A DNA stretch of 63,471 nt, filler included, from Folioceros fuciformis (Eukaryota), in the NCBI GenBank assembly GCA_049999805.1. It is 10 parts of 10 records of this genome, joined end to end, with 100 filler letters (N's around TTAATTAATTAA, not from the genome) between each part and the next. Parts side by side here need not be neighbours in the genome. Positions count along the whole stretch, not along the records: positions 1 to 14,993 come from JBNGIO010005127.1; positions 15,094 to 27,486 come from JBNGIO010005132.1; 8 more parts are not named here. The stretch is one strand, 5' to 3'. The notes under the pieces were generated by a model. The model searched no databases. It was not told where the DNA came from and was given only the letters and a program-made list of their open reading frames with translations. Position 1 is the stretch's first letter. Each line of letters opens with the position of its first letter. The position numbers and the translations under genes are program-made. Of this stretch, positions 13,401 to 25,118 are shown piece after piece.

Positions 13401-14993
13401 TTCAGAGCAAATTCTTGCTTGATTGACGCATCCTTGGCAGCCTCTAGCTCAGCCTCCTTGGAAGCCACAATCTTCGCTAGCTCGTTCAGCTTGAGGGAAG
13501 CTGCATCGTTGATGTCATGAAGGTGCGAGTTTTCTTTCTCCAATGCTCCCACTCTCTGAACAAGGTCCGACTCCTTCTGGCGATACTCAGAGTGCAGGGC
13601 CTGTATTTGAGCTCCGAGGGCGGCCTTCTCCTGCTCCAAGAAGCTGATCTTCAAGTTCGTCTCATCCATTAGGCTTTCGTGCTGCTTGGAAGCCTCATCC
13701 GAGGCTGCGATCTGCCTTTCTCTTTCCTGATGCAGAAACGCAAGCTGGCTCTCCGAGCTAGCTAGGGCTGCCACGATCGCCTCCAACGCGTGCCCCTCTT
13801 CCTGTCGATGCCTCCTCAATTCCTCCTTGAGTGCTACCACAGTACCGTTGTAATCCTCCTGCAGGTGAACAATCTCCTCCTTCAGCTCCACCACGGTGCT
13901 CTTGATGTGTGCATTCCTTTTGGACTGTGCTTCACGGGAGGCCAGCAAAACACTGCTCAACTTCCTGTTTTCATCCTGCAGATTTTGAATCTCTGTCTCC
14001 TTGGCTTGAACAAGTGTGGTCAGCTCCTCCCGCACTGCCCTAAGCTGGGAGCTCAAACCTTCCTTCTCTCCTTGCAGTGCGCCGATTTTGGCGTCCCGCT
14101 CTCTCGAAACCTGGGCATGGTCATCTAATAGGGACACAAGCTCCGCCTGCTTTGCTTCGAGACGCCCACGGTGTTGTTCAACTTGGTTCCGTAGATCGGT
14201 ATGTTCTTCTCGCAAGCTCGACACTTGGAGGTCCGTCATGTAAAGCACCTGCGCCTTTTCCTGCTGCAACCTGGCCAGCTCCGCGAGCAAATGCCCCCTC
14301 TCTGCCTGTGCACCTCTGAGCTCCGTGTCCTTGGATTCGAGGTGCACTGCGGACGCGTCTCGCGCGTTGAACACCTCCTCGATTTCACTGGACAGGTTCC
14401 TCTTGTGCTCCTCCAATTGAGTGACCTGAGTGTGTTTGTCTGCCAGCAGCATCTCGAGCTCTTCCCGGAGCGTCGTGATTTCCGCTTCCTTGGCTTCCAC
14501 GAGTTTTTGAATCTCATGTTCAAAGCTCTTGTGCTCCTCCTCCTTCTTAAGGAGGAGAGCTTGTAGACTCTCCTTCCCCTCTCTGATGTCCGCTGCCTCC
14601 AGGAGGAGGGTATCTTGCGAATGCTGCAAAGAGGAGAGCGAAGTTTGCGACTGCTCCAACGCAGAGGACAAGGAGAGCCTCTGCTCGACCTCTTTGGAGG
14701 CCTGAGCCCGGAGACTGCCAAGGTCTTGCTCCGCCGAAGCTATGCGAGCTGTCAAGCGGGCTTCCTGCTGCTTGCAAGCCGCAAGCCGCGCCCGCAACTG
14801 TTCGATCTCCTCTGTGAGCGAGGCGGTCTGAGATGACAGGATACCATTTTCCAACTCCAATCCTGATACCTGGCTTGACAATTCTTGTACCCTGGACACA
14901 CCTGCTGTAATGTCATCTCGGAGCTTGTGGTTCTCGTCCTGGTAGCGCATGAGCTCGCTATTAAGCACAGAGAGCTCATCCGTGAGGAACTTG
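7493..14993 (-). CDS. Giant coiled-coil protein (>=2491 aa in one exon, 5'-truncated by the contig end), CIP1/NET(KIP1)-family-like C-terminus
   Basis: Uninterrupted 7.5-kb ORF with an E/K/L/Q-rich heptad pattern, open up to the gap at 14994. The C-terminal AEEKREAIRHLSLSID matches the EEKREAIRQL motif of COP1-interacting protein 1 and NET4-type proteins. Confidence 0.85.
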
Positions 14994-15093
14994 NNNNNNN
15001 NNNNNNNNNNNNNNNNNNNNNNNNNNNNNNNNNNNNNTTAATTAATTAANNNNNNNNNNNNNNNNNNNNNNNNNNNNNNNNNNNNNNNNNNNN
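14994..15093. other. Artificial contig linker (N-run with TTAATTAATTAA). The same linker occurs at 27487-27586, 29733-29832, 31623-31722, 35628-35727, 48248-48347, 53374-53473, 58100-58199 and 62234-62333
   Basis: Nine identical 100-bp spacers, each with a core that has stops in all six frames. Flanking sequences break mid-gene. Confidence 0.97.
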
Positions 15094-15416
15094 GGATCGC
15101 TGAGGGGTATGAGATAGCGTCTAAGGTCGCCACTGAGCACTTGAATCACATCGCGCACAAGTCTGACTTCAGTGCAGATAATGCTGAGCCTCTCATTCAG
15201 ACGTGCATGACGACGCTATCTTCCAAGATAGTGGGTAGGTGCAAACGGATGCTGGCGGAAATTGCAGTGAAAGCTGTGCTTGCTGTGGCGGATTTGGAGA
15301 GACGTGATGTCAACCTTGACTTGATTAAGGTTGAAGGAAAAGTTGGTGGTAGGCTAGAGGATGCAAAGATTGCCATTCTGACCTGCCCATTCGAACCACC
15401 GAAGCATCCCCAATAG
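15094..15416 (+). pseudogene. CCT5: Intronless CCT5 (TCP-1 epsilon) fragment with an internal deletion, copy A
   Basis: [16 protein letters not shown]...[71 protein letters not shown]. The conserved segment containing DKDMSHPQMPK is missing, and the match ends after PPK. Confidence 0.9.
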
Positions 15417-15492
15417 AGTTGGGTAGTTAGGATAGACATGGTAGGAGGGGTGGTTTAAGCGTTTAAAGACACTGTTTAATGCGCTTAAGCGC

Positions 15493-15911
15493 TGTAGCAG
15501 GTGAGGGACCATCAATGGCTGCCTACCCGATCAACCACCCCAACCGACAGTAGCCAGGAATTCTATAAGAGTCATAGGACTCAAGAGATAAAGTGGTTGG
15601 TTTTCGTTTCTTACCAAGCCTGAGCACACTTGTTCGTGTTCCAACAAGTGCGCTCCTGCCGGCTGCGTCGTCTGCAGTGTCTGGTAGCTTGGTGGGGATC
15701 GTGACGGCCCAGACGCCTGGGTGTGAGGTGCCGTGTTTCGCACGCACACTCGTGGGTGTCCTACTGGAGTGAGTCGCCGACAGCAGAGGCGTGTTTGGCA
15801 GACAGGAGGTGTATTCAGGTTCGCGAGGGTCGTGGTAGAAGAAAGGTACGAATAGAGTCGCATACACACAACTAGGACAGGCCCTCCTTCGAGGGAACGA
15901 AACCTGCTAGA
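15493..15911 (+). mobile_element. Putative LTR (~420 bp)
   Basis: Starts TGTAGCAGG and ends CCTGCTAGA (9-bp inverted termini, 1 mismatch). It has an internal TATA-like CTATAAGA near 15563 and is followed by a decayed gag-like region. Confidence 0.45.
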
Positions 15912-16299
15912 CTACACGACAGCGGGATAGGTGTGGCCGCTAGAGGGAAGCCCCTGGTGTCCCCGGATTCTTTCCACCACAAGAGGCGAGTGAAGGAAGA
16001 CTTCCAGTCGTGGAGCGCGACTAGGAGAAAAGCAACGGCAAGACACCACAGGCAGGTGTGGTCCCCGCTGTGATTAGGAGTCAAGGAAGGAACAACGGGA
16101 CTTGGAGCACGAAGGCAGACGGAGTGACAACAAGTCGCCGCGGTCATCAGGGTCGGAAAGCATAGGCCTGGGGAGATAAGCGGGGAAGCACGTAGCAGTC
16201 GAGAAGGAGGCAGGTGTTTGAGGGAACGGAGCTTGGAGTGGAGCAGAGGATGGTGACTCAACCAGGGCTAGCGATTTCCACTGTGCAATGGCCCAACAT

Positions 16300-17860
16300 G
16301 GACCACTAGAAGTTTCGTGCAGGTTCCTTAGTACAGGAGCTGGGGCTAAGATTCATGGGGAAGAAGTGGTGTTATGATAGCCCCGAGCTAGTACAAGAGT
16401 GTGCCTAGTGCTTGAAAGTGAGGGCGTTAGAGGGAAGCTTGAGGCAGGGACTGCAGGACTGGAGCCTGGAGCTTTTTTGGGAGGTATACAAACGGGAAGA
16501 GGCAGAGTAGGGAGGCATCGTAATCGACCTTCAGAGAAAGAATACTCTAAAAACTGCCGTGACTGCCCTCATGAAGCCTGGAGAGGTGAGAACTAACAAC
16601 GACTAGGTAGTCCGCCAATTGGCTTCAGCCCCATTGGTGGGGCTAGCCAAATGGATTTTGTGTTTTTTGCAGAGCAAGAAGATAGATCATATGGCCGATC
16701 ACTTTCTAGTCTTCCTTCATGAGGTAGTTAGTAGTGCCCAAGTGAACTGGACCTGAATTATTTTCGAATGGGCATGTGAAGAAAGGGCCAACCTATTAGC
16801 GAATTCACCCCGTCCCTCCCTTCTCTCACCCTTCCTGATACATCTTTTTATGCATACTAAGTGCTTAACCGAGTTGGAAGTGGTGTCCTCTCTCCATAGT
16901 TGGAAGCCAGTTAGGGAGGTCAAGGTTGAGGAAGAACCTAGAAATGTTTCAAGGGAGGACTCTAGCAGTTGGGAGTCTGAGATGCTGAGAGATTCAAAAG
17001 GGGATGTTGCGACGATCAAGAAGAGGAAGGCTCGGACCAAGGAAGGTGAAGGTGCTGAAGGAAAAGCTGGAAGAGGTTGAAGGAAGAAATAAGGTAGCGG
17101 AGGATCGATGGAGGGCGAGTGACGAGTTGTTGGGCAAAGCACACGAGGAGTTGAAGGTACTGGCAAATCAACAGGAAGCCCTAGTGAAGCAGGTGAAAAC
17201 AGCCCATGTCACAATTGAAGAGCTTCAAAACAAAATCTCCCTGACTCAGGAGCCAGTGGCGACCCTAGAGAAATTCAAAAAGGTAGCTGAGAGATACAAG
17301 AGGGAACGGGATGAGGCAAGGGCTAAGGTAGGGAGATCAAAGAAGGGGAAGAGTTCCGCTACCGCAATGGCCGAAGCCGCAACCGTGGTGGAATCGACCA
17401 CGGTTGCCAAACCCGGAACTAGGGTGGCTGAACCAGCAACCATGGCGGAAGGAGGGACGACGGTGGTGGAACCAGCTACCGACGAACCTATGGCAAGGGA
17501 GCAGGCAACACCCTTGGAATGCAAGAGGTAGCCACCCCATGATTGTCAATGAGAGGAGAGGGTAAGGACCTCTCTAGTAGGGGGCGACATTGTGCTGCTA
17601 CATAGGAATAAAGATACCCATGTCCTTGGCTTCCAATTGCATGGTGAGCGGGTACTCACTCTAAATGTGTATGTGGTGGTTGGAACAGGAGGGGGCAGGA
17701 ACTACTGGCTGCATCTTTAACAGCCACATGCTATTACCATTGGTTCTTGCGAATGGGTGCTGGAGTGTACACTTCATAGGTAAGACTGCAAGAGATGACA
17801 GAAGAGGACGTGCGGGCTTGGGTGGAAGACCACATAGTGTGGTAGTCTAGTGATGAAGTT
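16300..17860 (+). mobile_element. Decayed retroelement coiled-coil (gag-like) ORF region, copy 1
   Basis: ORF 17004..17531 is coiled-coil (KVAERYKRERDEARAKV), and a downstream frame reads EMTEEDVRAWVE. Both segments match 23500-24790. Confidence 0.5.
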
Positions 17861-18408
17861 CCGTCCCCGAGACCTCCATCTCCACCTTTGATGCAAGGCA
17901 CCATCTAGCTTAGAATGAAGGATGTCCATGTCCTAGAGGGGAAAAAAAAAAGTGAAATAAACTAAACTAAATACACTCATAGGAAACAAGTTTTTTCTTA
18001 GTCTTTGCTTGTAGGAAAATCCTATTAATACAGCCTCGGGCTAACACAGAAATACAAAGAGAAGATGAAAACACAAGAGGACATCTCACCACCCATGAAG
18101 TTCTAAGACTAAGGGCCACCTATCAGTCAATCATCGGTTGGTAGGAGAAGAGGCAACGTTGTAGGAAGTTTACTTGTAGCATGTACAAATGCATGAAAAG
18201 AATTAAGAAAGGAGAGAGCAAAAGCACTTGCTCGCTTCATAAACATTTGCACACCATAATCAATAGCATTCTCAAACAACCTCCCCTTGTAAATTGAGCT
18301 CACCTAGCCCGTAAACACATACTACTAGTAACCTAGGCAAATAACAAACACACAAACATGTGAAGCCATGGAGCCACAATCCTACTTATATCACATACAC
18401 TCTCACAG

Positions 18409-18708
18409 CCCATGGATAAGCCATACGTCTTATAATTTAGGGTACATATCTTTGAGTATATAAGGAGCCCCATAAGCCATACGTCTTATAATTTAGTGTA
18501 CATAACTTTGAGTATATAAGGAGCCCATAAGCCATAAGTCTTATAATTTAGGGTACATAACTTTGAGTATATAAGGAGCTCATAAGCCATACATCTTATA
18601 ATTAGGGTACATAACTTTGAATATGTAAGGAGCCCATGGGCCTCAAGTCTCATAATTTAGGGTGCATAACTTTGAGTACATAAGGAGTGCATGCGCCTCA
18701 AGTCTCAT
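18409..18708. repeat. Tandem repeat, ~55-bp unit, ~5.5 copies
   Basis: The unit cccataagccatacgtcttataatttagggtacataactttgagtatataaggag is repeated with few substitutions. Confidence 0.9.
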
Positions 18709-19059
18709 AAAGTATACTTGGGCTGATGTTTATAATCGGATTTGAGTTCTTTACCTATCCATACGTGTGCTAACGTTGAGGTTCTAGTCTTCTTTTGGTC
18801 TTCATTCTTTGCATCAACTTCATCTATACTTTCGACAATCATGACACTATTCTTATTATTGGCTCTTAACAATGAAGACTTTTTTCTCATTACTCTATTG
18901 GTTTTTTCTTTCTCCATCGACTTCTTCCCGTAGTATATACTTTCAAGGAGAGTTGTTGGTTTCCTCTTTCTCCATCCGCTTCTTCCCATAGTTTATACTT
19001 TCAAGGAGAAATGTTGGTTTCTCTTTCTCCACCGGCTCAACTAAAGTAATAGATATGCG

Positions 19060-22000
19060 ACCAATAATAATTTATTATAATGCAAAAGGATAGGGATAGG
19101 GCTACAACAACAATCAACAGGGATGTGGCTACAACCATGAATAGGGATGTGGCACCAACAAATGAACAGGGATGCGGCACCAACATATGACAAGGATGTG
19201 GCACCAACATACGAACAAGGATGTGGCTATTGTAGGGTTATTAAAGCCCAATGTGCTTAGACTAATGTGTTTAGTCTAAGATTAGTGTCTAGTTAAGTAG
19301 CATTAGTTTAGATTAGCTTAAGCTAATATGTAGGAAGCTTCTTGCGCAGCTTCCTATGCGCTTTCTGTGAAGCTTCCTAGGGAGCTCTTCTAGAGGGTAT
19401 AAATACCCCCTTGAGCTCCCTTGTATATAGAGACTCTCTGTGAGAGTGTGACCTCTCCTTTCTTCTCCTCTTTGCCTCTCCTCCTCTCCTCCTTCACCAT
19501 GTAGCTTCTTCTAGCAATCTTACAGCTACAACCACGAACACAATAATACTTTATTATAATGGCTAAGGATAGGCATAGGGCTGCAACAACAATCAACAAG
19601 GATGCGGCTACAACCATGAATAGGGATGCGGCACCAACGACGAACACAATAATACTTTATTATATAATGGCTAAGGATAGGGATAGGGGTGCAACAACAA
19701 TCAACAGGGATGGGGCTACAACCATGAAGAGTGATGCGGCACCAACAAATGAACAGGGATGCGGCACCAACATATGAACAGGAATGCGGCACCAACAAAT
19801 GAACAGGAATGTGGCACCAACAAATGAATAGGGATGCGGCACCAACAAATGAACAGAGATGCGGCACTAACATATCAACAGGGATGCGGCACCAACATAT
19901 GAACAGGGATGTGGCACCAACATATGAACAAGGATGCAGCACCAACATATGAACAGGGATGCAGCTACAACCACGAACACAATAATACTTTATTATAATG
20001 GATAAGGATAGGGATAAGGTTGCAACAACAATCAACAGGGATGTGGCTACAAACATGAATAGGGATGCGGCACCAACAAATGAACAAGGATGAGGCACAA
20101 ACCGCAAACACTAATACTTTATTATAATGGCTAAGGATAGGGATAGGGCTGCAACAACAATCAACAGGTATGCGGCTACAACCATCAATAGGGATGCCGC
20201 ACCAACAAATGAACACCTCATGTGCGCCCATATGCTAGGACACCTCAATCGCAACAACAACAATGAATACGGATGCAGTAATAGAATGAAAAGGGATGCA
20301 GTAACAGTGCATCAATAGGGATGCGACAACAACGGATGAACAAGGGTGTGGCTACACAGTGATGAATAGGGATACGGCTACAACCAAGAATAGAGATGCA
20401 GGTACAACCATGAATAGCGATGCGGCAACAACCCATCAATAGGGATACTACTACAACCAAGAATAGGGATCCATGTAGAACCATGCACATGGATGTGGCA
20501 TTAGCGCTTTAATAGGGATGTGGCAACAACGGATGAACAAGGATGCGGCAACAACAATGAACAAGGATGTGGCAACAACAATGAACAAGGATGTGGCAAC
20601 AGCGATGAACAAGGATACGACTACAACCAAGAATAGGGATGCGGCAACATTGGAAAAACAGGGATGCGGCAACAACACGTCAATAGGGATACGACTACAA
20701 CCAAGAATAGGGATGCAGGTACAATCATAAACAAGCATGCGGCAATTGCGCATCAATAGGGATATGGGTACAACCATGAACAGGGATGTGGCAACAACGC
20801 AATAACAGGGATGCGTCAACAACGGATGAACAAGGATGCGGCAACAATGATGAACAAGGATGCGGCAACAACGATAAACAAGGATACGACTACAACCAAG
20901 AATAGAGATGCGGCAACATTGGAAAAACAAGGATGCGGCAACAGCGCATCAATAGGAATACGACTACAACCAAGAATAGGGATGCAGGTAAAACTATAAA
21001 CAAGCATGCGGCAATCGCGCACCAATAGGGATACGTCTACAACAAAGAATAGGGATGCGGGTACAACCATGAACAGGGATGCGGCAACAACGCATTAACA
21101 AGGATGCAGAAACAATGGATGAATAGGGATGTGGCAACAATGGATGAAAAAGGATGCATCAACAACGGATGAACATGAATGTGGCAACAATGGATGAAAA
21201 AGGATGCGGCAACAATGGATGAATAGAGATGCAGCAACAATGGATGAACACGGATGAAGCAACAACGGATGAACAAGGATACAACTACAACCACGAATAG
21301 AGATGCAGGTGCAACCATGAACAGCGATGCGGCAACAACCCATCAACAGGGATACTGCTACAACCAAGAATAGGGATGCACGTACAACCATGCACAGGGA
21401 TGTAGCAACAACGCATTAATGGGGATGCGGCAACAACGGATGAAGAAGGAAGCGACAACGGACGAAGAAGGATGCAGCAACAACGGATGAAGAAGGATGC
21501 AGCAACAACGGATGAAGAAGGATGTGGCAACATCTATGAACAAGNNNNNNNNNNNNNNNNNNNNNNNNNNNNNNNNNNNNNNNNNNNNNNNNNNNNNNNN
21601 NNNNNNNNNNNNNNNNNNNNNNNNNNNNNNNNNNNNNNNNNNNNGGATGAAGAAGGATGTGGCAACATCTATGAACAAGGATACGGCTACAAGCAAGAAT
21701 AGGGATGCGGCAACATTGGGAAAACAAGGATGCGGCAACAGCGCATCAACAAGGATACGACTACAACCAAGAATAGGGATGCAGCAACAACAACATTGAA
21801 TATAGATGTAGTAATAGAATAAAAAGGGATGCGACAATAGTGCATCAGTAGGGATGCGACAACAGCGAATGAACAAGGATGTGGCAACACAAGGATGAAT
21901 AGGGATACGGCTACAACCAAGAATAGAGATGCAAGTACAACCATGAACAGGGATGCGGCAACAACCCATCAACAGGGATACTGCTACAACCAAGAATAGG

Positions 22001-23435
22001 GATGCAGGTACAACTATGCATAGGGATGCAACAATAGCGCATTAACATGGATGCAACAACAGTGCATTAATAAGGATGCGGCAACAACGGATGAATAAGA
22101 ATACGACAATAACAAATGAACAAAGATGCGACAACAATAGAAGAATAGGGATGCGGCAACAACGATGAACAAGGATATGGCTACAACCAAGAATAGGGAT
22201 GCAGCAACATTGGAAAAACAAGGATGCGGAAACAATATATCAACAAGGATACGCATATAACCAAGAATAGGGATTCAGATACAAATATAAAAAAGCATGC
22301 GGCAATAGAGTATCAACAAGGATACGGCTACAACTAAGAATAGAGATGCAGGTACAACCATGAACATGGATGGGGCAACAACACATTAATAGGGATGCGG
22401 CAACAATGGATGAATAGGGATACGGCTACAACTAGGAATAGGGATGCAGCAACAATGGATGAACATCGATGCGGCAACAACACATCAACAAGGATACAGG
22501 TACAACCAAGAATAGGGATGCAAGTACAACCATAACAACCATGCGGCAACAGCACATCAACAAGGATACGGCTACAACCAAGAATAGGGATGCAGGTACA
22601 ACCATAAACAAGCATGCGACAACAGTACATCAACAAGGATGCGGCAAGAACGAATGAACAAGGATGTAGCAACAACGATGAATAGGGATACGGCTACAAC
22701 CAAGAATAGGGATGTAGGTACAACCATGAACAGGGATGTGGCAACAGCAAACGAACAAGGTTGCCTCCGGAATGATGCATGGCAAGTAACAACACTGCAA
22801 CATTAAATTGCAATGATAGGGCAACCCCATAATACAGGAGGAATAATTATCAAGGGAACCATGATGGGGAATACGAAAAGGGAAGCTCAACCATACTTGG
22901 CAGCACCTTAATAGGAACCATATATGATGGCAACAACACCTCAAGCATGACCATACTTTATGACACCTCAACCGCAACAAGACATGATGGCTCAACAACC
23001 ATACATGATGGCAACAACACCNNNNNNNNNNATGGCAACAACACCTCAAGCATGACCATACTTTATGACACCTCAACCGCAACAAGACATGATGGCAATT
23101 CTGAAGACAAAACCATTAGATTCAATGATGGCAGGTGCAACGATAAGGTACCCCCAACAATGTAAGATGATAGCAAGTCATGAACAGCGGTGAACAGGGA
23201 TGCGGCCACATCGCATGAACAGAATGCGGCAACATCGGATGAACAGGGATGCAGCAACATCGAATGAACAAGAATGCAACAACAACAATGAATAGGGATG
23301 CGGAAACATCATAATGAACAAGGATGCAGCAACATCAAATGAACAGGAATACAACAACAACGATGAACAGGGATGTGGCGACAACCATGCACAAGGATGC
23401 AGCCATAGCAGCGGTGAACACAAATGCAACAACGA
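19060..23435. repeat. Large degenerate minisatellite array (~21-24-bp monomer atgaacagggatgcggcaacaac) with higher-order blocks
   Basis: Many gggatgcggc(a/t)acaa(c) monomers. A higher-order landmark, acattgg(a/g)aaaaca, recurs at about 20650, 20920, 21715 and 22210. There are internal N gaps. Confidence 0.9.
19231..19524 (+). mobile_element. Solo LTR (294 bp) inserted in the minisatellite
   Basis: TGTA...TACA termini and a 5-bp target-site duplication GCTAT/GCTAC (1 mismatch). TATAAATA lies near 19398, followed by CT-rich tracts. The uninterrupted target sequence gatgcagctacaaccacgaacac is visible at ~19958. Confidence 0.85.
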
Positions 23436-23499
23436 AGATGTAAAAACTTTCCAATTTTCTTAAACTCTTTTTGTAGTTCAGGGCAACTTGCCACTGAAT

Positions 23500-24900
23500 G
23501 CACCTCAGGAAAAGGTGCTAGGAGAGAGAGCGGGCCCGGCTAAGGTGACAGGCGAGTTAGGGCAAGCACTGGAGGAAGAACCCATTCTAGGATGGGAGGA
23601 GATTTTCAAGAACATTTCTGGGGTGACCAGGCTATAGGAGGAGGATTTGGCCCGAGTGCGCACGCTACTGGGANNNNNNNNNNNNNNNNNNNNNNNNNNN
23701 NNNNNNNNNNNNNNNNNNNNNNNNNNNNNNNNNNNNNNNNNNNNNNNNNNNNNNNNNNNNNNNNNNNNNNNNNTGGGAAGGCAGATTTTGGACAGAAGGA
23801 TGGCTACCGGAGGCGCACCATAGCAGGTGGATTTACTAGGCCTGACTGCGGCCATGGTGTAGGCACAGGCAGATATGCTCGACCAAGCTGCTAGGGCACT
23901 GACTTGGTTGAGCATGCAGGGGCAGAAGGAAGCGGAGGCACAGGTTAAGTTGACTGAGGCTGAAGTGAGTCGGTAGCAGCTGGAAGAGATTCGACAGGCC
24001 CTGAGCGCGGCCAAGGACCAAGCGCAGGAAGAAGCACGCTGAGCCCCAGAAGAGATGCAGACGTTGAAGGAATAGCAGGAGCTGCTCTTGACTCAAGTCA
24101 GGGAGGCCCATGGAGCCAATCAAGAAATGCAACAGGAGTTGTTGAGGGCCCAGGAGCAGAAAGCAGCTGTAGTGGAAAGAGTGCAGAAGTTGGCGGACAG
24201 GTATAAGCGGGAACAAGACGAAGCTCGAAGTCAGGTGAGGGAAAAGGGAAAACTAGGCGAAGTAGCAGAACAGCGATAGAGGTAGCCAAAGGGGCTACCG
24301 GTCAGAGAGAGACCACGCCAATAGAGGAAAGCCCGACCAAGGTAGAGAATGCAGTGACCATTGAGGAACTAGCACCCGGCAGAGCTAGAATGGCAACCTG
24401 CATCAAGAGGATGAAGAACCGGCTGGAACTGGCAGCTAGGGGGATGGAGGATCCTCCAGTGCCATTGGAGAGCAGAAGACAGGCAATTCGGGGTAGCCCA
24501 TGGGAGGAGGGGGTATGCACCTCATCCGCACCAGAAGGCCAGCTTGTATTGTAGCATCCGAAAGAGGCAACTTATGTTCATGGCCTTTATGTGAATGGGG
24601 ACCGTATGCTAAACTTAGTTGTCCATGTGCGTATGGAACTAAGAGGGACAAGGGCCTACTGCCTGCAACTGAGGACTCGCAGGGGATCCTTCTTCCACTG
24701 TTGTCGAGTGTGGGGATTGCCCCCTTACTATTCGGAGGTAGTCCTGGAGGAGTTAACGGAGGAGGAGGAACGAGCATGGGTGGAGTGAGAGCCCGTGATG
24801 GTCCTCAGCAACAAGTGACTGCAGGGAGGAAGGAGCACCCCTCGATAGGGCCCACCCACGCCGCCACTGGAATAGTCAAGCCACTGTGGTGAGGTAGAAA
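23500..24900 (+). mobile_element. Decayed retroelement coiled-coil (gag-like) ORF region, copy 2, directly upstream of the captured chimera
   Basis: RVQKLADRYKREQDEARSQV (24088..24279) and LEELTEEEERAWVE (24591..24788) match copy 1. There are many TAG stops at likely former CAG codons. Confidence 0.5.
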
Positions 24901-25118
24901 TCCTATGGGAGGATTTGTTTGACCAAAGGCGAGGGAGGAGGGATCAAGGTTGGCGGGCAAGAGGAGCACAATGACCGGACAAGAGGCAAGCGCAGCGATA
25001 GGATAGGCCATAGTTATTGCATCTTAGAATAGTATACTGTAGGATCTGGAGAAGATGCTTTCTTGGACCTAATGCCACTCACAATTAAGAGCGCCTGCCT
25101 GTTCACAAACTAGAATTA

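Noticed and set aside
7289-14836. Many plus-strand S/F/L-rich ORFs
   Set aside because: They are antisense shadows of the E/K/Q-rich coiled-coil ORF.
15038-15049. TTAATTAATTAA as a biological motif such as a piggyBac target
   Set aside because: It always sits at the same position inside 100-bp N blocks, so it is an artificial linker.
18409-18708. Regularly spaced ~55-bp repeats (also 3484-3795 and 52070-52345) as a possible CRISPR array
   Set aside because: Units are head-to-tail with no unique spacers, the context is eukaryotic, and there are no cas genes.
19390-23503. Hydrophobic and Cys-rich ORFs resembling membrane proteins or metallothioneins
   Set aside because: They are translations of the minisatellite, open in several frames and frequently broken.
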